Below, piece after piece: positions 1-10,730 of a stretch of DNA of 64,000 nt. Positions within the stretch are counted from its first letter, which is position 1. The number at the start of each line of letters is the position of its first letter. A program made the translations under genes and the position numbers. Origin of the DNA: Azolla caroliniana (lineage: Eukaryota; Plantae; Polypodiophyta); assembly GCA_043228905.1 (NCBI GenBank), contig JBHGNT010000004.1, forward strand, positions 12,896,001-12,960,000, given 5' to 3'. The notes beneath the pieces were generated by a model. It saw only the letters and a program-made list of their open reading frames with translations. It searched no databases and was not told the DNA's origin.

Positions 1-318
1 ATCCAGCCCATGTTGAGCTTGCTTCTCAACAACCATCATGCTTAGTAGAAATCATCCCATCCCATGCACAAACTGATAAACAAAACCCCCTAATTGCAAA
101 GCCGACCGCAGACCCAGTAATGCCTAACTAGCTAAACCTCATGTCTATGTTAACATTCATGGAACTTTCATTGAAGGACCCCAAAAAGAAAAAAGTGTTG
201 TGTGGCGAGTATGCACAAGGGTGACACAAAGGCACTGCCCAGTTTTGGGTACCCAAACATTGTGGTATGTGCCTCTTAACCTTACCCTTGCCCAACCTGC
301 ACCACCCTACAACGTTAC

Positions 319-709
319 TGTAAAGAATCGGATATGATTCTTGTGAAGCGGAAGAGATGTGAGTTATGTGTGTGTATGAGAGAGAGAGTGTGTGTGAGAG
401 AGACAATGAGTAAGACACAGAGAATACACAAGGTAAAAGTGTATTAACAAAGGAGAAAGACTTAATGTTTTACAAAGAGGGAGGAGGGTGCTTTATATAG
501 TCACCCTCTCTCTTCATTAACTACAAGATTCATGGAGCATGGGGAATGTGAAAGCTCATAAGTTATGTGTCATAGAATATGATTCTATGACTCATACTAA
601 ATGCTAGAATACAAAGTGGTGACTTAATGGTGACTCTTGACGGTTGGAGTGTTTATTCACTCTCAAGGTGAGTTCACACACTAGACCAAGTTGAGCTTGA
701 TTCTCAACA
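319..709 (-). repeat. 3' LTR of copia A
   Basis: Direct repeat of 16502-16898, adjacent to the PPT (rc TTGAGGGGGTG). Confidence 0.95.
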
Positions 710-943
710 CACCCCCTCAAGCTCAAGTCGGGTCGGTTTTAGACGGTATCCGAAATCTGCTTCGACTCGCGTTCCGGAGTCCGCGTCGACTCGCTTTATA
801 TGGAATTGCGGAATCCGTGCTCCAACTTGCGTTGTTCATAGTTGCAAAGTCTGTGCTTCGGCTTGCGTCTTTCTTCACGGCTTCGTTGCGTGGTTGCAGA
901 ATCCACGCGTTATTGCGTAGTGCGCGATTGCAGAATCTACGCG

Positions 944-3859
944 TTATTGTGTAGTGTCTTCAATACTCCCCCTCAAGCTTGGCAGGTCAGAGATCGTCAA
1001 TCCGAGATCGGTCTTGAATTGCCATAGCTTGTCGGCTCCTAAGGCTTTAGTGAAGATGTCGGCGGTTTGGAGATTTGTGCTAATGTGTTGTAGGTCGATA
1101 TCGCCAGCTAGAACGCGCTCTCTGATGAAGTGATAGTGCACTTCGATGTGCTTTGTTTGCGCATGGAACACCGGGTTCCGAGCCAGATAAATATTGCTCA
1201 TGTTGTCGCAGTAAAGGGAGGTTGGATCCTTGATGGGTATGCCCAGATCCTTGAGTATCCTTTTGAGCCATACGGCTTCATATGCGGCCACTATCGCGCT
1301 CCTGTATTCCGCCTCTGTGCTCGAAAGAGCGATAGTTGGTTGCTTTTTGCTGCTCCAGGAGATTGCTTTGCCACCGAGGAAGAAAACAAATCCAAAGGTT
1401 GATCTTTTATCGGCTATGTAGCCGGCCCAATCGGCCTCTGTGTACCCCTCGAGTCGTATTGGCATCGCGGTCTTGTAGAGGATGCCGCAATCCATTGTGC
1501 CGCTCACGTATCGTAGAACTCGCTTAGCGCAATCCAAGTGAGTATCACGCGGTGCTTGCATGAATTGGCTAAGGAGACCGACCGAATAATTGAGATCGGG
1601 TCGTGTGATCGTGAGGTAGATGAGACTCCCGATGAGTTGCAGATATTGAGTCGGCTCACACGCTTTGGTGCCGGAGTTCGCATCTAGTTTGAGATTGCGA
1701 TCGAGTGGGGTTGCCGCGGATTTTCACTCAACCATCCTGAACTTGTATAACAAGTTGAGGATGTAGTGCCGTTGAGAGATCATGATTCCGGTCGGAATCC
1801 GAATTACCTCGATGCCGAGGAAGTAGTGGAGCTCCTTCATGTCCATCATGTCAAACTTGTCAGAAAGGAGGGATTTGACCTTATTGATTTCGACGAGATG
1901 CTCACCTCCAATGACTAGGTCATCCACATATAAGATGATGACGATCGGACTTGCGGAATCGCTTCATATGTAGAGGGAGTTGTCCGAATTTGGCATACAG
2001 AAGCCAATTTGATGAAGATATTGCGTTATCTTCGAATGCCAAGCACACGCGGTGCTTGCTTGAGGCCATAGAGTGGCTTCTTGAGTTGGCATACAACTTT
2101 CGGATGGGTGCTCGAGTTGAAACCAGGTGGTTGTATCATGTACACCTCACCTCCTCTTCTAATTCGCCTTGTAGAAAGGCATTCTTGACGTCCATTTGAT
2201 GGAGGTGCCACCCTTTCGCCGCGGCAAGCGCAATTACGGTCCGTACCGTCGTCATCTTTGCCACCGGGGCAAAGGTCTCCTCGTAGTCAACTCTGTGCGT
2301 TTGTGCGTAGCCTTTCGCTACGAGTCGCGCTTTGTAGCGGTTGACGAAACCGTCGGCGTTGTACTTCACTTTGTAAATCCATCTACATCCGATCGCCTTT
2401 TTGTGTGGTGAGGTGGGAACGAGATCCCACGTCTCGTTCTTCCGTAGTGCTTGCATCTCCTCATTCATGGCTTCGATCCATCGCGGATCCTTGGTTGCTT
2501 CAGAGAATGTTTCCGGCTCGCGTACTGTCGCCACCTTCATCATAAAGGCATAATGATATGCCATGTAGTCGTTGTAGCCGAATCGGCTGACCGGATTCTT
2601 TTCACGGGTGGAACGACGGAGCTTTTCATTTGCAGAGATGAGGGCTTTCTTAGCTCCGATTGGTACATCGAAGCCGCCGAACTCACCGTCAAGTGAGTGA
2701 GTCGACTCATCGTCGTCGAAGCTATCGTCTTCGTATTCTGACATTTTTGCCTTGCCTTTGTCCATCTTCGGGCTAGGCCGTGATGTTCTTTGATCGCTCA
2801 AAGGCTCTTGCGGTCCGCTCAGTCGGGTCGTGATCGGACTTTGTTCGAATATGCGCATAAGACGATCTTCATCCTCTATCTCTTGTTCGGCGGATTCCGG
2901 GTCGAGCGGAGTCGGAGTCATTGTCTCTGGTGTGTACCAGGATGCGGACTCATCAAAAATGACGTCTCGACTTACTCGAGATTTTCGAGTTAAGGGGTTG
3001 TAGCATTTGTACCCCTTTTGCTCCAGTGAGTATCCTACGAGGATTCATTTCTCCAACTTCGGGTCAAGCTTTTGACGCTTCTCGTCGGGGATGTGCACAT
3101 ACGCAATGGAGCCGAATATCCGAACATGCGATAGGTCCGACTTCTTTCCAAAGAACTTCTCATGCGGAGTAAGTTCGTGCACTCCGGATGTTGTGCGCCG
3201 GTTCATTAGGTAGACGGCCATATTTGCAGCTTCGGCCTAATATGACTTGGGCATATGCTTCTCGTTCATCATGGCCCATGCTACTTCGAGGGTGTGCCGA
3301 TTTTTGCGCTCGGCTACTCCGTTTTGTTGTGGAGTGTGTCAGCAAGTGCATTCTCACCGAATTCCTTCCTTTCGGAGATACGCCGTGAAATCGTCCGAGA
3401 AGTACTCCTTGCCGCCATCCGAACGAAGGCATCGTACATGTCGGTCCGTGGCTTTCTCGACTTCATTCTTGAACTTTTGGAAGTGTCTGAACGCTTCGCT
3501 CTTTTGCCGCATCGGGTAGATCCAAGTGTGCCTGGAGAAGTCGTCGATGAAGAGCACATAATATCGGCATCTGCAGAATGTAGTTGTCTGCGCCGGTCCC
3601 CATACGTCGGAATGGACTATGTCGAGTAGACCTTTGCTCACGTTCTGCTCTTTCGGGAATGGGTGTCGGTGTTGCTTGCCAAATTGGCGCTTCGCATACA
3701 CCTTCAATCTCCTTCTCTTTGAATGTCGGGAGTCCGATGACGACTCCTTTCGATTTCATTGCTTTGAGTTTGTTGAGATTGATGTGGCCAATTCACTTGT
3801 GCCACAGCTCTATGTCGGAGTCGGCTTTCATGCCCTTTGCGAACATGGCTAATTTCATC
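944..3859 (-). pseudogene. Copia A pol (GAG-pre-integrase, integrase, RT, RNase H), disrupted
   Basis: Motifs [42 protein letters not shown], (Y)VDDL and ALSSTEAEY/KHIEVHYHF, split over several frames by stops and frameshifts. Confidence 0.93.
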
Positions 3860-4405
3860 TCATTGTCGCGTTGTTACGCGCGTGCGTGGAGAACAAGGCG
3901 GGACCACTGAGGTCTTGGACCGAGGAATAGGTGAGAGAAGGGAGAGAGAGAGAGACATGCTCACACACGTATAGACAAAGAAGCGCACGGGAACGCGGTC
4001 CAACGACACAGGAGACACGAGTTGAACGAGGAATAGAGTATAAGAACACCAGTGTATGTATATAAAATAAGTATGCAGACGACGCGAACGGTTACAACCG
4101 ATCAGGCCGGCTAGATGGATACTGACGCCTGCCACCCACACGCGTAGGGGTGCGAGATGGAGACTCTGCCGGAAGCACACGGGCAGAGACACTCCTCGAT
4201 TCTCCCTATGGAATATTGCTACCTAGGGTTTGACTTTGTGCCCACCTATCTACTATACAACAGGGGCGTGCCCACGTGCAAGGCCAGTTCACACACACTT
4301 TGCACTCGGGGACGGTTTTCCTCATGATATCCGCCCCCACCTAACCGCGCATCCACCGGTATGCGCCAAAATTGGGTTCCTACCGGAGAAAACCGGTCCT
4401 GGCTT

Positions 4406-7400
4406 TTATTCCTCGTTTACCGGTTCGTCCTCCGCCTCGGGCTGCTCGTCGTTGTTGTCCATGCCCCCTAGCTCCGGCTCCCCGTCGTGTCGTTTCTTGA
4501 ACGCTTTGATCCTCTTCCCCGCTACCGGTATCGCCATTCTCGTACCGTCGAGCTTCGCGAGATGGTATGTCCCATTATCGTTGGCGCCCATTACTACGTA
4601 AGGCCCGAACCACCTCCTCACAAACTTCCGCGTGGCCCTGTGCTGATTGTCGAGGTTGTTGTCGTAGACTAGCACCCAGTCGCCTTCCTCGATCTTCCTT
4701 GGCCGGAGCCGGTGTGTTCGGTCGAACCGGGCTTTGTTCCTTATCCTCGCTACCCGAAGTTTCTCCGCGGCTCGCTCTACATCCTCCGGCCTCCGCTCGA
4801 GCTGTCGAATCCGCGCCGCCAACAATTCCTCCCGGCTCATCTCATCCCTCCAGTCCACCGTGGCCCACGAGGAGATCGTTCGCTCTGTTGGCATGATCGG
4901 CTTCTGTCCGAACATAAGCTCTGTCGGCATGAACCCGGTTACCGAACTGTGCGTAGTCCGGTCCGCCCACAAGGCATAAGGTAGCAGTCGTGGCCAATTC
5001 CCGACTTGGCCTCCACACGCCCGTACTAGCGCTTTGACAATCGGCCCGTGTCCGCGCTATACCTTCCTGTTCACCTCCAGATTGTACGTTACGGTGAGCG
5101 AAAGTTTGACTCCTAGCCGATCGAACAGCTCTTCGGCCTCTTTTGCGTCCAACTCACCACGGTCAGCCATGACCTTCCCTATGCACCCGTATCGACATAT
5201 CACCTCCTCAATAAAAAACCGGCACACGGCTGTCATCGTCTTGTTCTGTAGAGCTCGGCCTTCAACCTGGTTCGTTAGATCTTCCCGAGCCAGCACCAGA
5301 TACCGCGTCTGTCCTACCCCCATTGGCATCGTCACCAAATCCACCATCCACTTGAAGTGGACGGTCGGAGGGTAGGTCGGGTGAAGCTCATCCCGATGTC
5401 GGATCATGGAGTGCACTTGACAGCTTTCGCAAGTCGTCACGAACCGATGCACGTCTCGGTATAGTCTCGGCCACCAGTACTTCCCCTTTAGCTTTTCGAA
5501 CGTGGCCCACATTCCACGGTGTCCAGCCCACAGGCTATCGTGGTACGCCGCCAGCAAATCCTCCTGTTCCTCCTTCTTCGCCACCACTCGGAGCGGGATG
5601 TCGTTCCTCTTCTTCGGGTGCTTCCATATGTACTCATCCCGAAGGAAGAATCGGTATGCCTTCTTCCGAATCTGGTTGGCCTCATCCCTTGTCCATGCCG
5701 CATCCGGTGTCATTGTTTTCAGGAACCCGCCGATCTGCAGCAACTCCCCGTTGTACTTGCTCTCGTCGAAATCGTTAAGCGTTGGAGAGCATTCCCTGCC
5801 GGTTGTTACGTAAGCAGCCTCGAAGAAGTCCACGCCGACTTCCTCGTCCTCCGAAACCATGTCGTCGTCGTTTTCGAACCTCGCCCTTGAAAGCATGTCG
5901 GCCATGGCGTTGTCTTTCCCGGAAATGTGTCGTATTTCCGGATTCAGGGACTTGATGTACGCTATCCACCTGAGCATTGCCAGGTCTGGCGTCGCGCATC
6001 CGGAAACCATGCCAAGAATCGGCAGGCAGTCCGTCTCGATAATTACCTCTGTCCCGATCAGGTAGTCTTTATCGGCCTTTACCGCCGAAACGATACCCCA
6101 GAGCTCGCGTTTAACCTGGGCGTATCCTCGCTGTCGCTCGCTGAGGACCTTCGCGCCGAACCGGATCGGGAAACGCATGCCGTCCTCGTCCTCTTGGTTG
6201 ACGACCCATCCGATCCCGATCGGACTCGTGTCTACCGTTACGTAAATTGGAGTGCTCTTTCCGTAGACAACCTTTCGGGGCGCCGGAGCCGCGGCAAGTG
6301 CTTCCTTCATCTTCCGAACAGACTTCGTATGCTCGTCTCTCCACTCGAATTTTCGCCCCTTTTTCAGCAACCCGTATAACGGTTCCGCGACGTGGGCGTA
6401 ATGCGGGATCCATATGTGGTAGAACGCGCATGCTCCCAAGAACCTCCGTGATCGAGCTACATTCGTGCTTCATTGCGGAGATGGCTTCTACCTTAGTCGG
6501 AGACGGTTTCCGGTCGTACGACCCGCATAGGTGTCCGACGACCATGATCTCTGATTGCCCGAAGGCCGATTTTCCCCCGAAGAAGGTGAGCCTCGCGCCC
6601 TCTAACCTCTGTAGCACCTTTTCGCAGTCATCGATGTGCGTCGCCACGAATTTCCGGCACCCGTCTGGTCTGATCGTCTCGTCCTTTTCCTCCACCAGGC
6701 ATCCCATGATCGGGACATCGTCCAAAAACAGCATGGTGATGTCCAGGATACAATCCCTTAGTACCTTGTTCATTGCGTTCACCATGTGAGCCACCGAGTT
6801 CGTCCCTCCTTGCGGTAGGGTACACATCCGTACTAGGCCGAGAGGAGTTCGCATTGTCGTGATGTCCCTGCTCTCTATGGCTAGCTGGAACAAATCGTAC
6901 CCTGAGTACAGATCACCGACCGAGTAAATCAACCTTCTGGCGAAGGCCTCCGCGAACTCGTCTATCGTCGGTCCGATTCCTGCGTTTCGAATGGTCACCT
7001 TGTTGACCGGCTGCAGGTATTGAATAAAGCGCAGCGTGCCGTCCTTCTTCGGCACGGTAAACCATCGATTCGAGTATGGGGCACTCGACGGTTCGAGGAT
7101 GCCCATTTCGACCTTCTGCTTTAACAACTCCATCAGCTTCGGGATGTGAGCTCTGGGTACCGGAATCGGTCTGAGACTCCATGGCACATGCGGTAGCGTG
7201 AATATCACCATCGGTTCCACGACTGTCGAGTCTACGCACCCGATCTCCTCTGGTGAGAATGCGAAAGCCTTCCCGTCCCTTCCGAGCATTCCCCGAAACC
7301 GGTCCTCTTCCGCCAACAGTAGGAAGCCGCCCCCACCGATTTTGACCTCACGTAGCGTTATGTCGGTGAACGTGTGTCCTATGCGGGCCGGATTTCGTAA

Positions 7401-7892
7401 ACTCGGATCCGACGCAACCCCTTTCATTCGCAACTCGCTGCCCTCCGGCAAGGGAGCCGCGACTGGCCTCACCTTCCGGTCCACAGTCTTGTACCTCGTG
7501 TCCACCCGGGCCGTTCGATCTGACTCGAGCCCCTTTCTGAAGTTCGCGATGACTTCGTACATCCTTTCCGAACATACCGGAATCGTCCGGTCCTCTTTAA
7601 GGACCCCTTCGACTACCTTCCGCAGCTCCCCCAAGGTATCATCGAAAGAGACCGCCTCCACGGCTCCGTTGATTTCCTCTCCAGGGCCGAGGATACCACA
7701 TGCCCAAAGTCGCTCCTCCGCCCTTCTCTTCTTCCGGCCAACGACGTCGACTACCGTACACCCTCCGTTGTCGTAGAACCAAAATTTCCTACCTATAGTA
7801 CAGGTCTTCTTCGCTATCGTACACTTGTGGGGTTTTCCCGGAGTGTCCGGACTATCGCGGCCCCACGCCTTGATAGCCCTCTCTAAAAATCC
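4406..7892 (-). pseudogene. Element B pol (RT-RH-INT), in the -1 frame relative to gag-pro
   Basis: The frame is open from 7892 into ORF 6111..7661 (RT). One frameshift near 6440 leads to ORF 5057..6439 (RH, HHCC integrase). One in-frame stop at 5057 precedes ORF 4406..4972 (GPY motif). Confidence 0.92.
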
Positions 7893-9982
7893 TCTCGGCG
7901 TTCGCCCCCGAGGGTCTCGCGGTTCCGCTCATGGTTCGGTCTCACCGTCAGGAACTGGACCGAGTGGCGCCCATCCTGGCTCTTGACCCTTGCATAGGCC
8001 GAGCCGTTGTCCAACACCTTGGTCTCCATCCGTGCTGTCGTGATGTACGGTTCTCCTAGTATAACAGGATGTGAGGACGTCTCCTGCACGAAGAAGTGTT
8101 GGTCAATCTCGACATCGCCGATCTTTACTCGTACATTCGGGCAGGCTCCATGCAGTTCTTCGGTGGCACGCGTCGCTGCCCGTATTTTCCACCCGTGCTT
8201 GGTGTTGATCGGCCATTTCCCCTTCTTGTAGAAGTCCATGGACATCAAATTGATTTCTGAACCATGGTCCACCAACGCCACCACCGGTTCATGAACATCC
8301 CTGATCTTCACGGGGGTCTCCGTGGTCGCTCTGGCCCAGTGCGGCCTCGAATAGTGGCTCTCCGCCAACTCGTCTTCTAGCGCCATGTCCTCTATGTGCA
8401 TCGTCCGCACCTCCACCGGCTTCTCCGGTTCCGTCTCCGTCGACAGCCTCTTCCTCTTCACCAAGTCTACGATGGAGTCGTGGAACTCCTTCTTGGCGAT
8501 CCCGAGCACTTCCCTCAGCGACAGTTCCACCTTGCTGTCGAGGACTCGCTCTTCCAGGACCTTTTGCAGGTCTGTGGATCTTTCGATTTTTGTGCCCAGC
8601 CGGTACCCGCTCTTCTTGGGATTATCTTGGGCGCCGGTTACGTCGGCCTCATTCCGCCTTTGCTCGAATCGGGTTTCATATCGTTGTGAGGGCCCGGCCC
8701 CTCCGGTTTTCCCTACCCGCTTGTCCTCCACCAGAGCCTCGTAGTTTTGACAAGAGGCTTCGACGAAGCCCGTCTTTTCTTCCACCGGGTCACTCCACCC
8801 AGTTACCTCCCGAACCCGTTTTTCCGCTCGGTCCGCCTTTTCTTTCCTTAGTCGTGCGCCGGCGAGGCCTTCTAGCATCGTTGGCCAGAACCCAGCTTTG
8901 TTCGTCTTTGGGGCCTCGCCACCTCCGACCCGAATACCAGCCGACGCCGAATAGTGGACGGTCTCCGCGTGACGAGCCGCCGCCTCCTCCATCAGCCTTT
9001 TCATACCTCCTCGTCCGACGTTCAAGTCCAGGGGCCTTCGGGTTTCGTTGGCGTGCACCCGACCGTTCCATAGGTACACCACATTGCTTCTCATCGCCTC
9101 GGCGAAGTCCCCGCAGTCCTTCCGGATGTGGCCAACCGCGTCACACCACATGCACCTGTTTCCAGCCAAGGGTCGTCGGTCACGGGCCTGTTCGCCACCA
9201 TCCCTCTGTGCCTGGGCGATCTGGAGATCTTTTACCATCCGCGTTAGCTCCTCTAGAGCTGCTCCCCCGGGCGAGCCCTTGACCATGCCGGTCGAAGCCG
9301 ATCCGGTCTCGAGCCAATCTCGGGTCTCTTCCCTTCGCGTTGGTGGTGTTGGCTCGAGCTTCCTTGCTGCGACATAGCCTGCCCCTATCGATCCTTTGTC
9401 AACCCATTCCCGCCGTTTGTCGAAACAGCCACAGACGCTCTTCACCACAGCCCAGTCGGCCGTCAACCCGTCATCAGTCTCCAATAGGAGGCCTACTTGC
9501 TCCCGATTCCGCTCATCAACTGACTTAACAAACAATAGGATATGACTTGTGTCCAGAATGGTCCGGTCAAGCACCGAGAGGCGCGCGAAGCGTTCCTCAA
9601 ACTCCCGGAGGAGCACTGACGCGTTCCTTCCTTTGTTGGGGGTCTCCACCCACTCCATGAAGTCCCGCTTCGAAAGTCGAAGCGCATCTTCAAGCCCGTA
9701 TTTTTCGAGGAGCCAACCTTCGCACTCCTCCCAGGTCCGGCTCTCGGCCCGTACCTCGAGCACCTCCGTATGGATGCCCGGCATCGCCACTCGAGGGAAT
9801 CCGGCTAGACGCCTCTCTTCCGGAATGTCCCTCATTACCATCTCAGCCCGGTAGGACGCCAAGTAGCTCGTGGCATCCTTCCCACTAAACCGGCCGATCG
9901 TACCGACAACCGCCTCGATAGCCCTATCAAGGGTGTCGGTGCCTTCGCTCGCGCTCACTATACGGTCCACAGTCGAAGCCAT
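7883..9982 (-). CDS. Element B gag-protease ORF (699 aa)
   Basis: CCHC-like knuckle CMWCDAVGHIRKDC and aspartic protease motif ALVDHGSEINLM. The ORF ends G GAT TTT TAG. Confidence 0.9.
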   Translation of the reverse strand: MASTVDRIVSASEGTDTLDRAIEAVVGTIGRFSGKDATSYLASYRAEMVMRDIPEERRLAGFPRVAMPGIHTEVLEVRAESRTWEECEGWLLEKYGLEDALRLSKRDFMEWVETPNKGRNASVLLREFEERFARLSVLDRTILDTSHILLFVKSVDERNREQVGLLLETDDGLTADWAVVKSVCGCFDKRREWVDKGSIGAGYVAARKLEPTPPTRREETRDWLETGSASTGMVKGSPGGAALEELTRMVKDLQIAQAQRDGGEQARDRRPLAGNRCMWCDAVGHIRKDCGDFAEAMRSNVVYLWNGRVHANETRRPLDLNVGRGGMKRLMEEAAARHAETVHYSASAGIRVGGGEAPKTNKAGFWPTMLEGLAGARLRKEKADRAEKRVREVTGWSDPVEEKTGFVEASCQNYEALVEDKRVGKTGGAGPSQRYETRFEQRRNEADVTGAQDNPKKSGYRLGTKIERSTDLQKVLEERVLDSKVELSLREVLGIAKKEFHDSIVDLVKRKRLSTETEPEKPVEVRTMHIEDMALEDELAESHYSRPHWARATTETPVKIRDVHEPVVALVDHGSEINLMSMDFYKKGKWPINTKHGWKIRAATRATEELHGACPNVRVKIGDVEIDQHFFVQETSSHPVILGEPYITTARMETKVLDNGSAYARVKSQDGRHSVQFLTVRPNHERNRETLGGERREDF

Positions 9983-10464
9983 GGCTTCTACAAGGTCCGA
10001 CCTATCGGGAACTGAACGCTCCCTCTATACTCTACGCTCGGCCACAACCAAGCTTAGATTCATGCACAGAAAACGGGAAATGAAAGCACGACACAAAGAG
10101 GAGAAGAGTACACGGATGTTTACGTGGAAAACCCAAACTAAGGGAAAAACCACAGCAGCCCACAGGCTGCAAACTATCACTATGTTGGAATGTACAAACA
10201 GTGAGTTCACGGAGGCAACGACCTCGTGCTCACGATCTTCGCCACAGGCGGCGGTTACAACAGAGGCAACAACCTCTTTCTCTCTCTCTCTCTCTGTACA
10301 CTGTTACGCACTCTAATCTCGTGCAAAACAGAAATGACAACGACCACTAAAAGTTTGCCCTAAGTCATATTTATACTAATATGACTTTTCGGCTATTTAC
10401 AAATATAGCCTCGATGGACTCTCAGAAACATATTTACGAATATGTCTCTTCATCCGGTTCTTCA

Positions 10465-10730
10465 CCGGGTCTGTATCATCCGGCTCACCGTAGCTGGGTA
10501 TTCCTCATCCGGTTCATACCGGGTCTGCACCATCCGGCTCTCCGTAGCCGGGTACTCCTCATCCGGTCTTCACCGGGTCTGCACCATCCGGCTCTCCGTA
10601 GTCGGGTACTCCTCATCCGGTCTTCACCGGGTCTGTATCATCCGGCTCTCCGTAGCCGAGTACTCCTCATCCGGTTCATACCGGGTCTGCACCATCCGGC
10701 TCTCCGTAGCCGGGTACTCCTCATCCGGAG
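10465..10730. repeat. 54-bp tandem repeat in U3 of C 3' LTR (5 copies; 6 copies in the 5' LTR at about 13934-14253)
   Basis: Unit CCGGGTCTGCACCATCCGGCTCTCCGTAGCCGGGTACTCCTCATCCGGTCTTCA, visible as an 18-aa periodicity in spurious ORFs. Confidence 0.95.

Noticed and set aside
6430-6450. Second programmed frameshift between RT and RH in B
   Set aside because: The conserved RRFLG motif is partly deleted here but present in the relatives at about 26970 and 40210, so this is a post-insertion lesion.
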